Source of the DNA: a virus
Taxonomy: Duplodnaviria > Caudoviricetes
Length of the DNA: 64,000 nt
Virus record (IMG/VR): IMGVR_UViG_3300030376_006242
Reading direction: 5' to 3' (one strand)
Position numbers and translations under genes: made by a program. The notes below the pieces were generated by a model. The model saw only the letters and a program-made list of their open reading frames with translations. It did not search any database and was not told the DNA's origin. Positions 31,716 through 40,100 of the stretch are shown piece after piece. Positions within the stretch are counted from its first letter, which is position 1. Each line of letters begins with the position of its first letter.

Positions 31716-32161
31716 TGAGTAACAGATTTCATTTAGCCATTGAGGCCGGCAATTTAAAAACAGCAGTAGACTTTTATGTCAATGTGCTAGGGTGTACAAA
31801 ACATAACAGTGAATTTAAGTATCCAGATGCTTGGGTAGATATAAACTTTTGGGGCAACGAATTGACACTACACGGCTCAGATCCTACAAAGAAAAAGCAA
31901 GGAGAAAGACACAATGTGGACATGGGCAATGTCAGTGTACCACACTTTGGTGTACACTTGTCTAGAGAAGCATTTGATGAAGTAAAGAGAAGATGTATTG
32001 AACACAATGTAGAATTCATAGACAAGCCGTACTTAAGATTCGAAGGCACTGATCTAGAACAAGAAACAATGTTCATTGCTGATCCACACGGCAACGCAAT
32101 GGAAATTAAAACAATGAAAAATCCTGAGGAGTTATGGAAGATACAATCCAAACAAAATTAA
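31715..32161 (+). CDS. VOC/glyoxalase-family metalloenzyme
   Basis: FHLAI, FYVNVLG, PHFG and DPHGNAMEIK. Confidence 0.85.
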   Translation: MSNRFHLAIEAGNLKTAVDFYVNVLGCTKHNSEFKYPDAWVDINFWGNELTLHGSDPTKKKQGERHNVDMGNVSVPHFGVHLSREAFDEVKRRCIEHNVEFIDKPYLRFEGTDLEQETMFIADPHGNAMEIKTMKNPEELWKIQSKQN

Positions 32162-32550
32162 ACGAATACAAAGAGCATATAGAAACTCTTAAAAGCATAG
32201 ATGAACTTGAAGTTTACAATTGGATGATGAGTCTGGGTGCAAAATTAAATGATGATGCTTTGTCCGAAGACAAGCGAATAATTGATAACAAAATAAAACA
32301 ATGTCAATTTGACCTTTACGTTGACAGAGAAGATAATAAATTTAAAGCATGGAGCAACGGAATGATTGCGGCTGGATATGCCTATATCCTATTAGATATT
32401 TTTAATTCTTTACCCGCAGAAGAATCTAAAAAGATTACTGAAGAACATTTTCAAACGATCAAATTGGATGAAATGTTAACTATGAATAGAAAAACAGGAT
32501 TCTATGAAATGGTGGGTCTGATGATTAACAAAGTAAAGGAAGTAAAATGA
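32134..32550 (+). CDS. sufE: SufE-family sulfur acceptor
   Basis: KIKQCQFDLYV (SufE GCQS Cys motif) and LTMNRKTGF. Confidence 0.65.
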   Translation: MEDTIQTKLNEYKEHIETLKSIDELEVYNWMMSLGAKLNDDALSEDKRIIDNKIKQCQFDLYVDREDNKFKAWSNGMIAAGYAYILLDIFNSLPAEESKKITEEHFQTIKLDEMLTMNRKTGFYEMVGLMINKVKEVK

Positions 32551-33230
32551 TTGAAAAACTTTACACGTGCAAATACTGTGGAGCAAAATTCGCCAAAGAA
32601 AAAACTTTAACTGTACATATGTGTGAACAAAAAAGAAGATTTACACAAAAAGATGAACGTAGAGTGCAACTAGGATATCAAACATTTGTAAGATTCTATG
32701 AACTATGTCAAAAGTCTAGCAAACCAAAAACATACGAAGACTTTTGTAAATCTCCATATTATACAGCATTTGTTAAGTTTGGTAGTTTTATCAGCAATGT
32801 AAAACCATTATATCCTCACAAATATATTGACTATGTGGTAACATCGGGTGTAAAATTAGATCACTGGTGTAGAGAAGAAATGTATTTGAAATATGCAGGT
32901 GATTTAATATTAAGAGAAAAAGTAGAAACAGCAATGGAACGTTCTATAAAAACTATGATGGATTGGGGAGATGAAAAAGAAGCACCGTGGAGTGATTATT
33001 TTAGATATGCTAGTTTGAATAGAGCAGTTATTGATATTAAAGATGGCAAAATAAGTCCTTGGTTAATATTAAATTGTAAGAGCGGAAAAGAGATGATGAA
33101 AAAATTTAATGACGAACAATTACAGATTGTGTATCCGGTTATGGATCCATCTCATTGGGCATTAAGATTTAAAAGACTGCCAGCAGATATTGAAATGGTC
33201 AAAGAAATTGTAAAGGAGGCAAAATTATGA
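32547..33230 (+). CDS. Zinc-finger hypothetical protein
   Basis: CKYC...HMC at the N-terminus. Confidence 0.65.
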   Translation: MIEKLYTCKYCGAKFAKEKTLTVHMCEQKRRFTQKDERRVQLGYQTFVRFYELCQKSSKPKTYEDFCKSPYYTAFVKFGSFISNVKPLYPHKYIDYVVTSGVKLDHWCREEMYLKYAGDLILREKVETAMERSIKTMMDWGDEKEAPWSDYFRYASLNRAVIDIKDGKISPWLILNCKSGKEMMKKFNDEQLQIVYPVMDPSHWALRFKRLPADIEMVKEIVKEAKL

Positions 33231-33877
33231 TTACAGAAAACAATGTTGTTCCATTATTTGGTATACCACTATGTAAAACAAAGATAAGACCTTATGAAGA
33301 AAGTGAAGACTTTATCAAAACAAAATTAGAATATGAAGAAAGGTCACACAAAGTTTCTTTTATATCTAAAGATGATTATGTATTAGACAAAGAAAACTTG
33401 CTACCATTGAAAACCGAGATAATGAATCAAGTTAGTGAATTTATGCATGGATATTTGGATATACACCCAAAACATCAATTTGTAATGACAACAAGTTGGT
33501 GTAATAGATATGAACAAAATCATTTCATACAAGAGCATTATCATAGCAACAGTTTAGTATCAGGAGTATTGTTTTTAACAGATTGTAAAGATACAGCAGA
33601 TATTGTGTTTCATAAAGACAAGAATCACACTAACATATGTACAGACACAGTTAGATTAGATCACAAAGATAATTTCGATGTGTCACAAAAGAGAAGTTAT
33701 CTTTATCATCAATCGCAGATAGGTATATCTCCTGAGAAATGGGATTTGATAATGTTTCCAAGTTTTTTAAATCACAGTGTAAATGTAAACCAATCCAACA
33801 ATATAAGATATACATTGTCATTTAATGTTTGGGTAAAAGGTGAAGTAGGTGGAGGACATAGTAAACTTGTTTTATAA
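33227..33877 (+). CDS. 2OG-Fe(II) oxygenase (TIGR02466-like)
   Basis: SWCN, HYH, SGVLF, FPSFLNHSV and RYTLSFN. Confidence 0.85.
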   Translation: MITENNVVPLFGIPLCKTKIRPYEESEDFIKTKLEYEERSHKVSFISKDDYVLDKENLLPLKTEIMNQVSEFMHGYLDIHPKHQFVMTTSWCNRYEQNHFIQEHYHSNSLVSGVLFLTDCKDTADIVFHKDKNHTNICTDTVRLDHKDNFDVSQKRSYLYHQSQIGISPEKWDLIMFPSFLNHSVNVNQSNNIRYTLSFNVWVKGEVGGGHSKLVL

Positions 33878-33879
33878 AA

Positions 33880-34437
33880 ATGTTTGATATAGATATAGAT
33901 TTTGCTGATAGAAATGTGTTGTTAGAAAAACTAAAGCACAGAATTGCTAAATTAGAAAATGGCAAGAAGCATAATACAGGCGTATACTTCACAGAGATTC
34001 CGCATGATCCAGCAACAAACTTATCTACTTTAGATTATGAAACTGCTGAAGATAGAAACTATTTTAAGATTGACTGCTTAAATGTAAGCATATACAAAGA
34101 TGTTAAAGACCACGATCATTTGAATAAACTTATGACAACAAAGCCTATGTGGGAATTACTTGAAGCAAAAGATTTCAGTGACCAAGTGTTTCATTTAAAT
34201 GGACACAATGAAATACTGAAGAAACTTAAACCCAAGAATATAGAACAATTGGCGGCTGTTTTGGCAATCATAAGACCTAGCAAAAGATATCTACTGAATA
34301 AAGATTGGGATACAATAATGAAAGAAGTTTGGGTTAAACCAACTGATGACAAATACTTCTTTAAGAAATCACACGCAACATCATACGCATTCGCAGTTGT
34401 GGTACACATGAATCTTATTTGCGAACAACTAACTTGA
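33880..34437 (+). CDS. Miniature DnaE-like (Pol III alpha) catalytic-core protein
   Basis: DIDIDF, KHNTGVY, KIDCL, LAIIRP and FKKSHATSY in DnaE order. Confidence 0.8.
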   Translation: MFDIDIDFADRNVLLEKLKHRIAKLENGKKHNTGVYFTEIPHDPATNLSTLDYETAEDRNYFKIDCLNVSIYKDVKDHDHLNKLMTTKPMWELLEAKDFSDQVFHLNGHNEILKKLKPKNIEQLAAVLAIIRPSKRYLLNKDWDTIMKEVWVKPTDDKYFFKKSHATSYAFAVVVHMNLICEQLT

Positions 34438-34803
34438 TTACTTAGGTTTTCGGACTAATTGAACTGATTTTCTCTTGCTTCTTTTCATAGCAAGATTGTT
34501 AAGACTTGTTACAGGACCTATTTTTACACTGACATCTTTGGTATTCATCATCATTAAAACGTCCTTGAATTTCATTAATTCTTTCCTTAGAAAGATGCCA
34601 ATTGGGATCATTCTGTTGCTTTCCCACCACCACGTTTGACATAAACCCATAAATTTTTCTCTAGCATTCACATGAATGTCTTCATATACATACATCGAGG
34701 TAATGGAGTTGTCTTGGTTGTTAATCACACCAACGTACTCTTTTCCACCGTATTCGACGACCGATATGAACGGGAAGTTCTTTTCTATGTCGTTTAACAG
34801 CAT
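34438..34803 (-). CDS. Hypothetical protein
   Basis: 121-aa ORF filling the gap; WWWESNRMIPI. Confidence 0.7.
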   Translation of the reverse strand: MLLNDIEKNFPFISVVEYGGKEYVGVINNQDNSITSMYVYEDIHVNAREKFMGLCQTWWWESNRMIPIGIFLRKELMKFKDVLMMMNTKDVSVKIGPVTSLNNLAMKRSKRKSVQLVRKPK

Positions 34804-34829
34804 TTTAATATCAATAAATACATAAGATT

Positions 34830-35615
34830 ATGCAACTTGTGCCAAAATATTTATTAAATAACAATGTATCTCTTACCGCGAATCTGGCAGGAGAAATAAC
34901 GGAGTATAGATCAGTGTATCAAAGAAATTTAAATGTAGTCAGAGGAATAGACAACACAATACAGTTCAACGTGCTAAACGCAGATCAAAAACCGGTGTCT
35001 ATATTGAACACATACACACCAAAGTTTCAATTGTATGACGAATCAAACAGATTGATTGTTGAAAAGGACGGCACAGTCATAGAAACATCAACACCAAGTA
35101 AAGTAGGACATTTCACTGTCACAATTAGCGAAAATGATTTACTAAATGTTAAATCACAATATATGCATTACACTGTATATCTTTCAAAAGATTCTGATGC
35201 TTCTAAAACTATCCTACATAGTGGTACAAATTTTACAAACAAAGGCATAATATATGTCAGTACAGAAGAATTTCCAGGACCTTTAAATTCATATTCAATC
35301 ACAACGTTCACAGAAGATAATCCAAGTTCTGGTATATTTTTATCTGAAACAGTAACAGCAGAACCAACAATTAATGGTAATTCTGCTTTACACACTGTGG
35401 CTTATTATCTAGATGAAGCAATAGGTGACATTGTTGTACAAGGCACACTTGATAATCAAATAAACGGAGCAACATATTGGTCAGATATCAATACTTTCAC
35501 AGCAACTGATTCTGATACAATCAAGTATGTAAATTTTAATGGCGTGTTCAGTCATTTAAGATTCAAACATACATTAAGTTCTGGTAGTGTTACCAAAATA
35601 TTAGTTCGAAACTAA
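34830..35615 (+). CDS. Beta-rich virion structural protein (BppU-like N-terminus)
   Basis: Late promoter at 34814; RGIDNTIQF.V.NADQKPV. Confidence 0.5.
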   Translation: MQLVPKYLLNNNVSLTANLAGEITEYRSVYQRNLNVVRGIDNTIQFNVLNADQKPVSILNTYTPKFQLYDESNRLIVEKDGTVIETSTPSKVGHFTVTISENDLLNVKSQYMHYTVYLSKDSDASKTILHSGTNFTNKGIIYVSTEEFPGPLNSYSITTFTEDNPSSGIFLSETVTAEPTINGNSALHTVAYYLDEAIGDIVVQGTLDNQINGATYWSDINTFTATDSDTIKYVNFNGVFSHLRFKHTLSSGSVTKILVRN

Positions 35616-35644
35616 TTGACTTTTTCATTATTTTAAATTATAAT
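35616..35644 (+). promoter_or_regulatory. Sigma70-type promoter of primase
   Basis: TTGACT-17-TATAAT; ATG 6 nt downstream. Confidence 0.8.
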
Positions 35645-35650
35645 ACAAGC

Positions 35651-36655
35651 ATGAATATTGTGCTTGACGTTTTACAAACTTATCTTCCTTCCAAAAGAAA
35701 ACAAACTCCTAGCGGTTGGTTGGCTTTTAATGCTCCTTGTTGTGAGCATAATGGTACAACACCAGATACAAGACAAAGAGGCGGACTGATAGCAAAAGCA
35801 GATGAAAGTGTAAGTTTTCATTGCTTTAATTGTGGATTCAAAACAAGTTGGAGATTAGGAAGAAACTTATCTTATAAAATGAAAAAATTTATGAGATGGT
35901 TAAATGTTCCCGATGATGTAATAACAAAACTAGCATTACAAGTTTTACAACACAAAACAGACGACAGTGGTTTTAAATCTATTGTTACACTGCCAAAATT
36001 TGTAATGAAACAGTTGCCACCTAAAGCAAAGCCAATACATGAATGGGCAACTTATAAAGATTTGGAACCAGGTGGTGTTGATAAAGATTTATTTTCTGTA
36101 ATGGAATACATTGCTAAAAGAAAATTAACACTAGATGATTATGATTTTTATTGGAGTCCTGAAGCAGGTTATAGAGATAGATTAATAATTCCATTTACGT
36201 ATCAATCCAAAGTTGTTGGCTATACAGCAAGAAAAGTTGTTGAAAGCAAAGTAAAGTATTTGTCAGAGCAACAACCAGGATATGTTTTTAACACAGACGC
36301 TCAAGATGATGATAGAAAATACATTGTGGCTGTAGAAGGTCCCATTGATGCTATTGCCATAGATGGTGTAGCACTTTTAGGAAGTGAGGTCAAAGACCAA
36401 CAAACAGCACTTGTAAACAGTTTAGGTAAACACGTGATTGTGGTTCCTGATAGAGATGAAGCAGGACAAAAATTAGTTTATGATGCGATGGAATCAGGCT
36501 GGAGTGTGAGTATGCCTGAATGGAGTCAAGATATCGGAGATGTAAACGATGCTGTGTGTAAATATGGTAGGCTTCACACATTATACACAATAATTAAAAA
36601 TGCTGAAGATTCACAACTTAAAACTAAACTGAGGATGAAAAAATGGTTCGCATAA
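35651..36655 (+). CDS. gp61: DNA primase
   Basis: Zn finger (CC..HCFNC); TOPRIM VEGPIDA and PDRD. Confidence 0.9.
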   Translation: MNIVLDVLQTYLPSKRKQTPSGWLAFNAPCCEHNGTTPDTRQRGGLIAKADESVSFHCFNCGFKTSWRLGRNLSYKMKKFMRWLNVPDDVITKLALQVLQHKTDDSGFKSIVTLPKFVMKQLPPKAKPIHEWATYKDLEPGGVDKDLFSVMEYIAKRKLTLDDYDFYWSPEAGYRDRLIIPFTYQSKVVGYTARKVVESKVKYLSEQQPGYVFNTDAQDDDRKYIVAVEGPIDAIAIDGVALLGSEVKDQQTALVNSLGKHVIVVPDRDEAGQKLVYDAMESGWSVSMPEWSQDIGDVNDAVCKYGRLHTLYTIIKNAEDSQLKTKLRMKKWFA

Positions 36656-36777
36656 AGATTTTTTTAAAAAAAGCGATTTCTATTTTGTTTTTTCCTATCA
36701 CTAAACTTGTAAACTACATCAAGTATAAGAAAAAGATAAGAGAATTACAGAAGAGAGACCCGTTTATATACAAATAG
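36643..36777 (+). CDS. 44-aa basic peptide (not in ORF track)
   Basis: MVRIKIFLKK...ELQKRDPFIYK; fills the gap between primase and carbamoyltransferase. Confidence 0.6.
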   Translation: MVRIKIFLKKAISILFFPITKLVNYIKYKKKIRELQKRDPFIYK

Positions 36778-36784
36778 GAGAGAC

Positions 36785-37795
36785 ATGATAATTTGGGGAG
36801 TAACAGGAAACAATCACGATGCCAGTCTGGCTGTCATGGAATGGCGAGTAGCAGGACTAACAGATCACTATCATTTGAAATTAAAATGGGCAGGAATGTC
36901 TAAGGACTTCAGCGGTATACCTGGAGACCCTACACTTTGTCCTAAACTGATGGCAGAAGTAAGAGCAAATCCTAAATGGGCCTTCCCTGCCAAGATATAT
37001 TTTTATGAAAAACCTTTCAAAAAAACTATGCGTCAATTGATAGCGGGTCAAGGTTGGAAATGGAAAGAAAACAATATTAAAAAGTTTTTAAGTAAAGCAG
37101 GAATACACAATGTACCAATTGAATACATAAATCATCATGAAAGTCATGCCGCATATGGATATTATACTTCTCCATATAGAAATGCCGCAGTGGTTGTATT
37201 AGATAGTATAGGAGAGTTTGAAACTTTTACTATATGGCATGGACACGGTAACAAATTAGAAAAGAAATACACACAAAGTTATCCGCACAGCATTGGTCTA
37301 TTTTATTCAGCAATGACACAAAGAGTTGGTCTAAAAGCAAATGCAGAAGAACATAAGTTTGAACAACTTGCCAAAAAAGGCAATTGGAGAAAGTATTACA
37401 GAATGTTTATGGAAGAATTAGTTGATACAAGAATGCCTTTCAAAACAAGAATTAATTTACACAGAGGTTGTAATTGGTGGAGACCAGAATTAAACACAGA
37501 ACAAGATATGGCAGACATTGCCGCAACTACACAACACATTTTTGAACAAGTGTTGATGTGTGCTAGTTCATGGATACAAATGAATATCAAAACATCAAAC
37601 ATAATTTTGGTTGGTGGTTGTGCGTTAAACAAAACAGCAGTCACTAAATTGGAATCAGTTTGGGATGACATATGGGTGCCAAAAAATCCTGGAGATCCAG
37701 GAAGTTGTATAGGTGCTGTTCTTGCCAAATATCATAAGCACATTGACAATTCAAACGAAATGTGGTATAATAAGGACAATGGTAAAACAAAATAA
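36785..37795 (+). CDS. Carbamoyltransferase (NodU/CmcH), Kae1-like domain only
   Basis: HDAS, HHESHAA, DSIGE, SIGLFYS, GGCALN and PGDPG; no C-terminal YrdC-like domain. Confidence 0.85.
   Translation: MIIWGVTGNNHDASLAVMEWRVAGLTDHYHLKLKWAGMSKDFSGIPGDPTLCPKLMAEVRANPKWAFPAKIYFYEKPFKKTMRQLIAGQGWKWKENNIKKFLSKAGIHNVPIEYINHHESHAAYGYYTSPYRNAAVVVLDSIGEFETFTIWHGHGNKLEKKYTQSYPHSIGLFYSAMTQRVGLKANAEEHKFEQLAKKGNWRKYYRMFMEELVDTRMPFKTRINLHRGCNWWRPELNTEQDMADIAATTQHIFEQVLMCASSWIQMNIKTSNIILVGGCALNKTAVTKLESVWDDIWVPKNPGDPGSCIGAVLAKYHKHIDNSNEMWYNKDNGKTK
37743..37771 (+). promoter_or_regulatory. Consensus sigma70 promoter for helicase, inside the 3' end of the carbamoyltransferase gene
   Basis: TTGACA-17-TATAAT with extended TG. 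Confidence 0.85.
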
Positions 37796-39227
37796 AGATT
37801 ATGGATATGAGATACAAAAACTGTATCTCGAAATGATGTTGGGTGACGCAGAAACGTTTGTGCGTTGTCAATCTATATTTGATCATTCATTGTTTGATAG
37901 AAAACTTCAAGAGACAGCAGACTTTGTTAACAAGTATGTGGCAGAATATAATTCATTGCCGACATATGATATTGTAAACAAATCTTGTAATGTTAATTTA
38001 AAACAAGCAGAAAATTTAACAGAAGAGCATTTTACTTGGTTGTTAGATGATTTTGAAACTTTTGTTAGACATAAAAGTTTAGAAAGAGCAATATTGAAAT
38101 CTGCTGATATGCTTGAAAAAGGTGAATATGGTCCAGTAGAAGAGTTGGTTAAAAAGGCTGTACAAATAGGACTACACAAAGACATAGGTACAGATTACTT
38201 TGATGATCCAAAAGCAAGACTTATGGGACTGAAAAATCAAAATGGACAAGTCAGCACAGGCTGGGCAACACTAGATAAAAAATTGTTTGGTGGATTCAAC
38301 AAAGGTGAGTTGAATATATTTGCTGGTGGATCTGGTGCTGGTAAAAGTTTATTTCTTGCTAACTTAGGTTGTAATTGGGTGCTAAATGGATTGAATGTTG
38401 CTTATGTTTCATTTGAATTAAGTGAAGCACTTGTATCAATGAGATTAGATTCAATGCTAACAGATGTTCCTGCTAGAGAAATTTTCAAAGATTTAGATGG
38501 TGTAGAAATGAAAGTTAAATTGCTTGGTAAAAAAGCAGGTAAGTTTCAAATCAAATACATGGCAAGTGGTAAAAACGCAAACGACTTGAGAAGTTATATC
38601 AAAGAATATGAAATAAAAACAGGCACAAAATTAGATGTGATACTTGTAGATTATTTGGATCTTATGATGCCTATCAGTAGAAAAGTATCGCCAAGTGATT
38701 TGTTTGTTAAAGACAAATTTGTATCTGAAGAATTAAGAAACTTATCAATGGAATTGAATGTTATCTTTGTTACAGCATCACAGTTGAATAGAGGTGCTGT
38801 TGAAGAAATAGAATTTGATCACTCGCATATATCTGGTGGTTTAAGTAAAATACAAACTGCTGACAATGTGTTTGGTATATTCACAAGTAGAGCAATGAGA
38901 GAACGTGGTAGATATCAAATACAATTAATGAAAACAAGAAGTTCTAGCGGAGTTGGTCAAAAGATTGATTTAGAATTTGATGTGGACAGTTTGAGAATAA
39001 GAGATCTTGCTGAAGATTCTGAATATCAAGAGTTTGATAAACGTAAGAGTACAATATATAATTCACTAAAAAAGACATCAACAGTTACTGAAAACGATGC
39101 TGAAGAACCAAAAGAACTTAAAGCACCAGACCCAACAAAAGGCGACACTGTTGGTCGTATCGAAACAGGCAACACTGACCAAACAAAGTTGAGGGACTTT
39201 TTAAAGAACCTTGATGGCGATGAATAA
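37779..39227 (+). CDS. gp41: DnaB-like replicative helicase
   Basis: GGSGAGKS, SFEL, VDYLDL, TASQLNR and MKTR. Confidence 0.93.
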   Translation: MVKQNKDYGYEIQKLYLEMMLGDAETFVRCQSIFDHSLFDRKLQETADFVNKYVAEYNSLPTYDIVNKSCNVNLKQAENLTEEHFTWLLDDFETFVRHKSLERAILKSADMLEKGEYGPVEELVKKAVQIGLHKDIGTDYFDDPKARLMGLKNQNGQVSTGWATLDKKLFGGFNKGELNIFAGGSGAGKSLFLANLGCNWVLNGLNVAYVSFELSEALVSMRLDSMLTDVPAREIFKDLDGVEMKVKLLGKKAGKFQIKYMASGKNANDLRSYIKEYEIKTGTKLDVILVDYLDLMMPISRKVSPSDLFVKDKFVSEELRNLSMELNVIFVTASQLNRGAVEEIEFDHSHISGGLSKIQTADNVFGIFTSRAMRERGRYQIQLMKTRSSSGVGQKIDLEFDVDSLRIRDLAEDSEYQEFDKRKSTIYNSLKKTSTVTENDAEEPKELKAPDPTKGDTVGRIETGNTDQTKLRDFLKNLDGDE

Positions 39228-40050
39228 ACAATACAAAAGAATAGTAATTCCAAAAGGTTTAGATTTAGGAACCAGCAGACGTACTTGTACTCAGTTGGCA
39301 AACACAATCAGTATAAGTTCTGGTTTAGAAATATTTTCAGATGTTGAACATATTCAACAAGGAGATTTAGTAATACTTGGCGGTGTTGGTGGACACGATG
39401 GTTTTCAAAAGTATCATGAGTCTTTTCAAGAGAAAAATATCGATTATGTGAATGTTGAAAAAGGATATTGTAATTGGTGGAAACCTGTTTTCTGGAGAGT
39501 TACATTCAATGAAAATCAAATTTCAGATATTAAAGGTGAATGGACAAATGAACGTTTTGTAAAATTTAATATGACAATTAAGCCTTGGCAGATGGGGGAT
39601 CAAGTTTATATTGTTGCTCCTAGTCAAAACGGTTTAGAAGTATATGGTATCAAACAAAATGTGGATCAATGGATAGAATCCACCACACAAGAAATTAAAA
39701 AATACACAAATAGACCAATAAAGGTTAGAAAAAAGATGCCTAAGAAAGCAAGAGGTTCGAGAGGATTCTGTGATTCATTAGAAAATATATACTGTGTGGT
39801 CAGTTTACACACAATGGCAATGACAGAAGCATTGCGAGAAGGATGTCCTGTAATCAGTCTTGTTCCAGGATGTTTAAAAGATTACAGTGTGAACTCAATT
39901 GATAAGATTAATAATTTGTACTACCCAGAAAATAGACAATATCTGTTTAACTGTTTAACCAATTTACAATTCAACTCTGACGAATTAATATCCGGCTTTG
40001 CGTGGAACACCATTAGCAAATACTACGGAATCAATATTACCAAAATTTAA
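39220..40050 (+). CDS. GT-B/KpsS-like protein, paralog of the island genes
   Basis: VEKGY, IKPW and TMAMTEALREGCPV. Confidence 0.5.
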   Translation: MNKQYKRIVIPKGLDLGTSRRTCTQLANTISISSGLEIFSDVEHIQQGDLVILGGVGGHDGFQKYHESFQEKNIDYVNVEKGYCNWWKPVFWRVTFNENQISDIKGEWTNERFVKFNMTIKPWQMGDQVYIVAPSQNGLEVYGIKQNVDQWIESTTQEIKKYTNRPIKVRKKMPKKARGSRGFCDSLENIYCVVSLHTMAMTEALREGCPVISLVPGCLKDYSVNSIDKINNLYYPENRQYLFNCLTNLQFNSDELISGFAWNTISKYYGINITKI

Positions 40051-40100
40051 TCACCACACAATCAGATATAATAAATATTGTTTTAGGCAGAAAGGCAATA

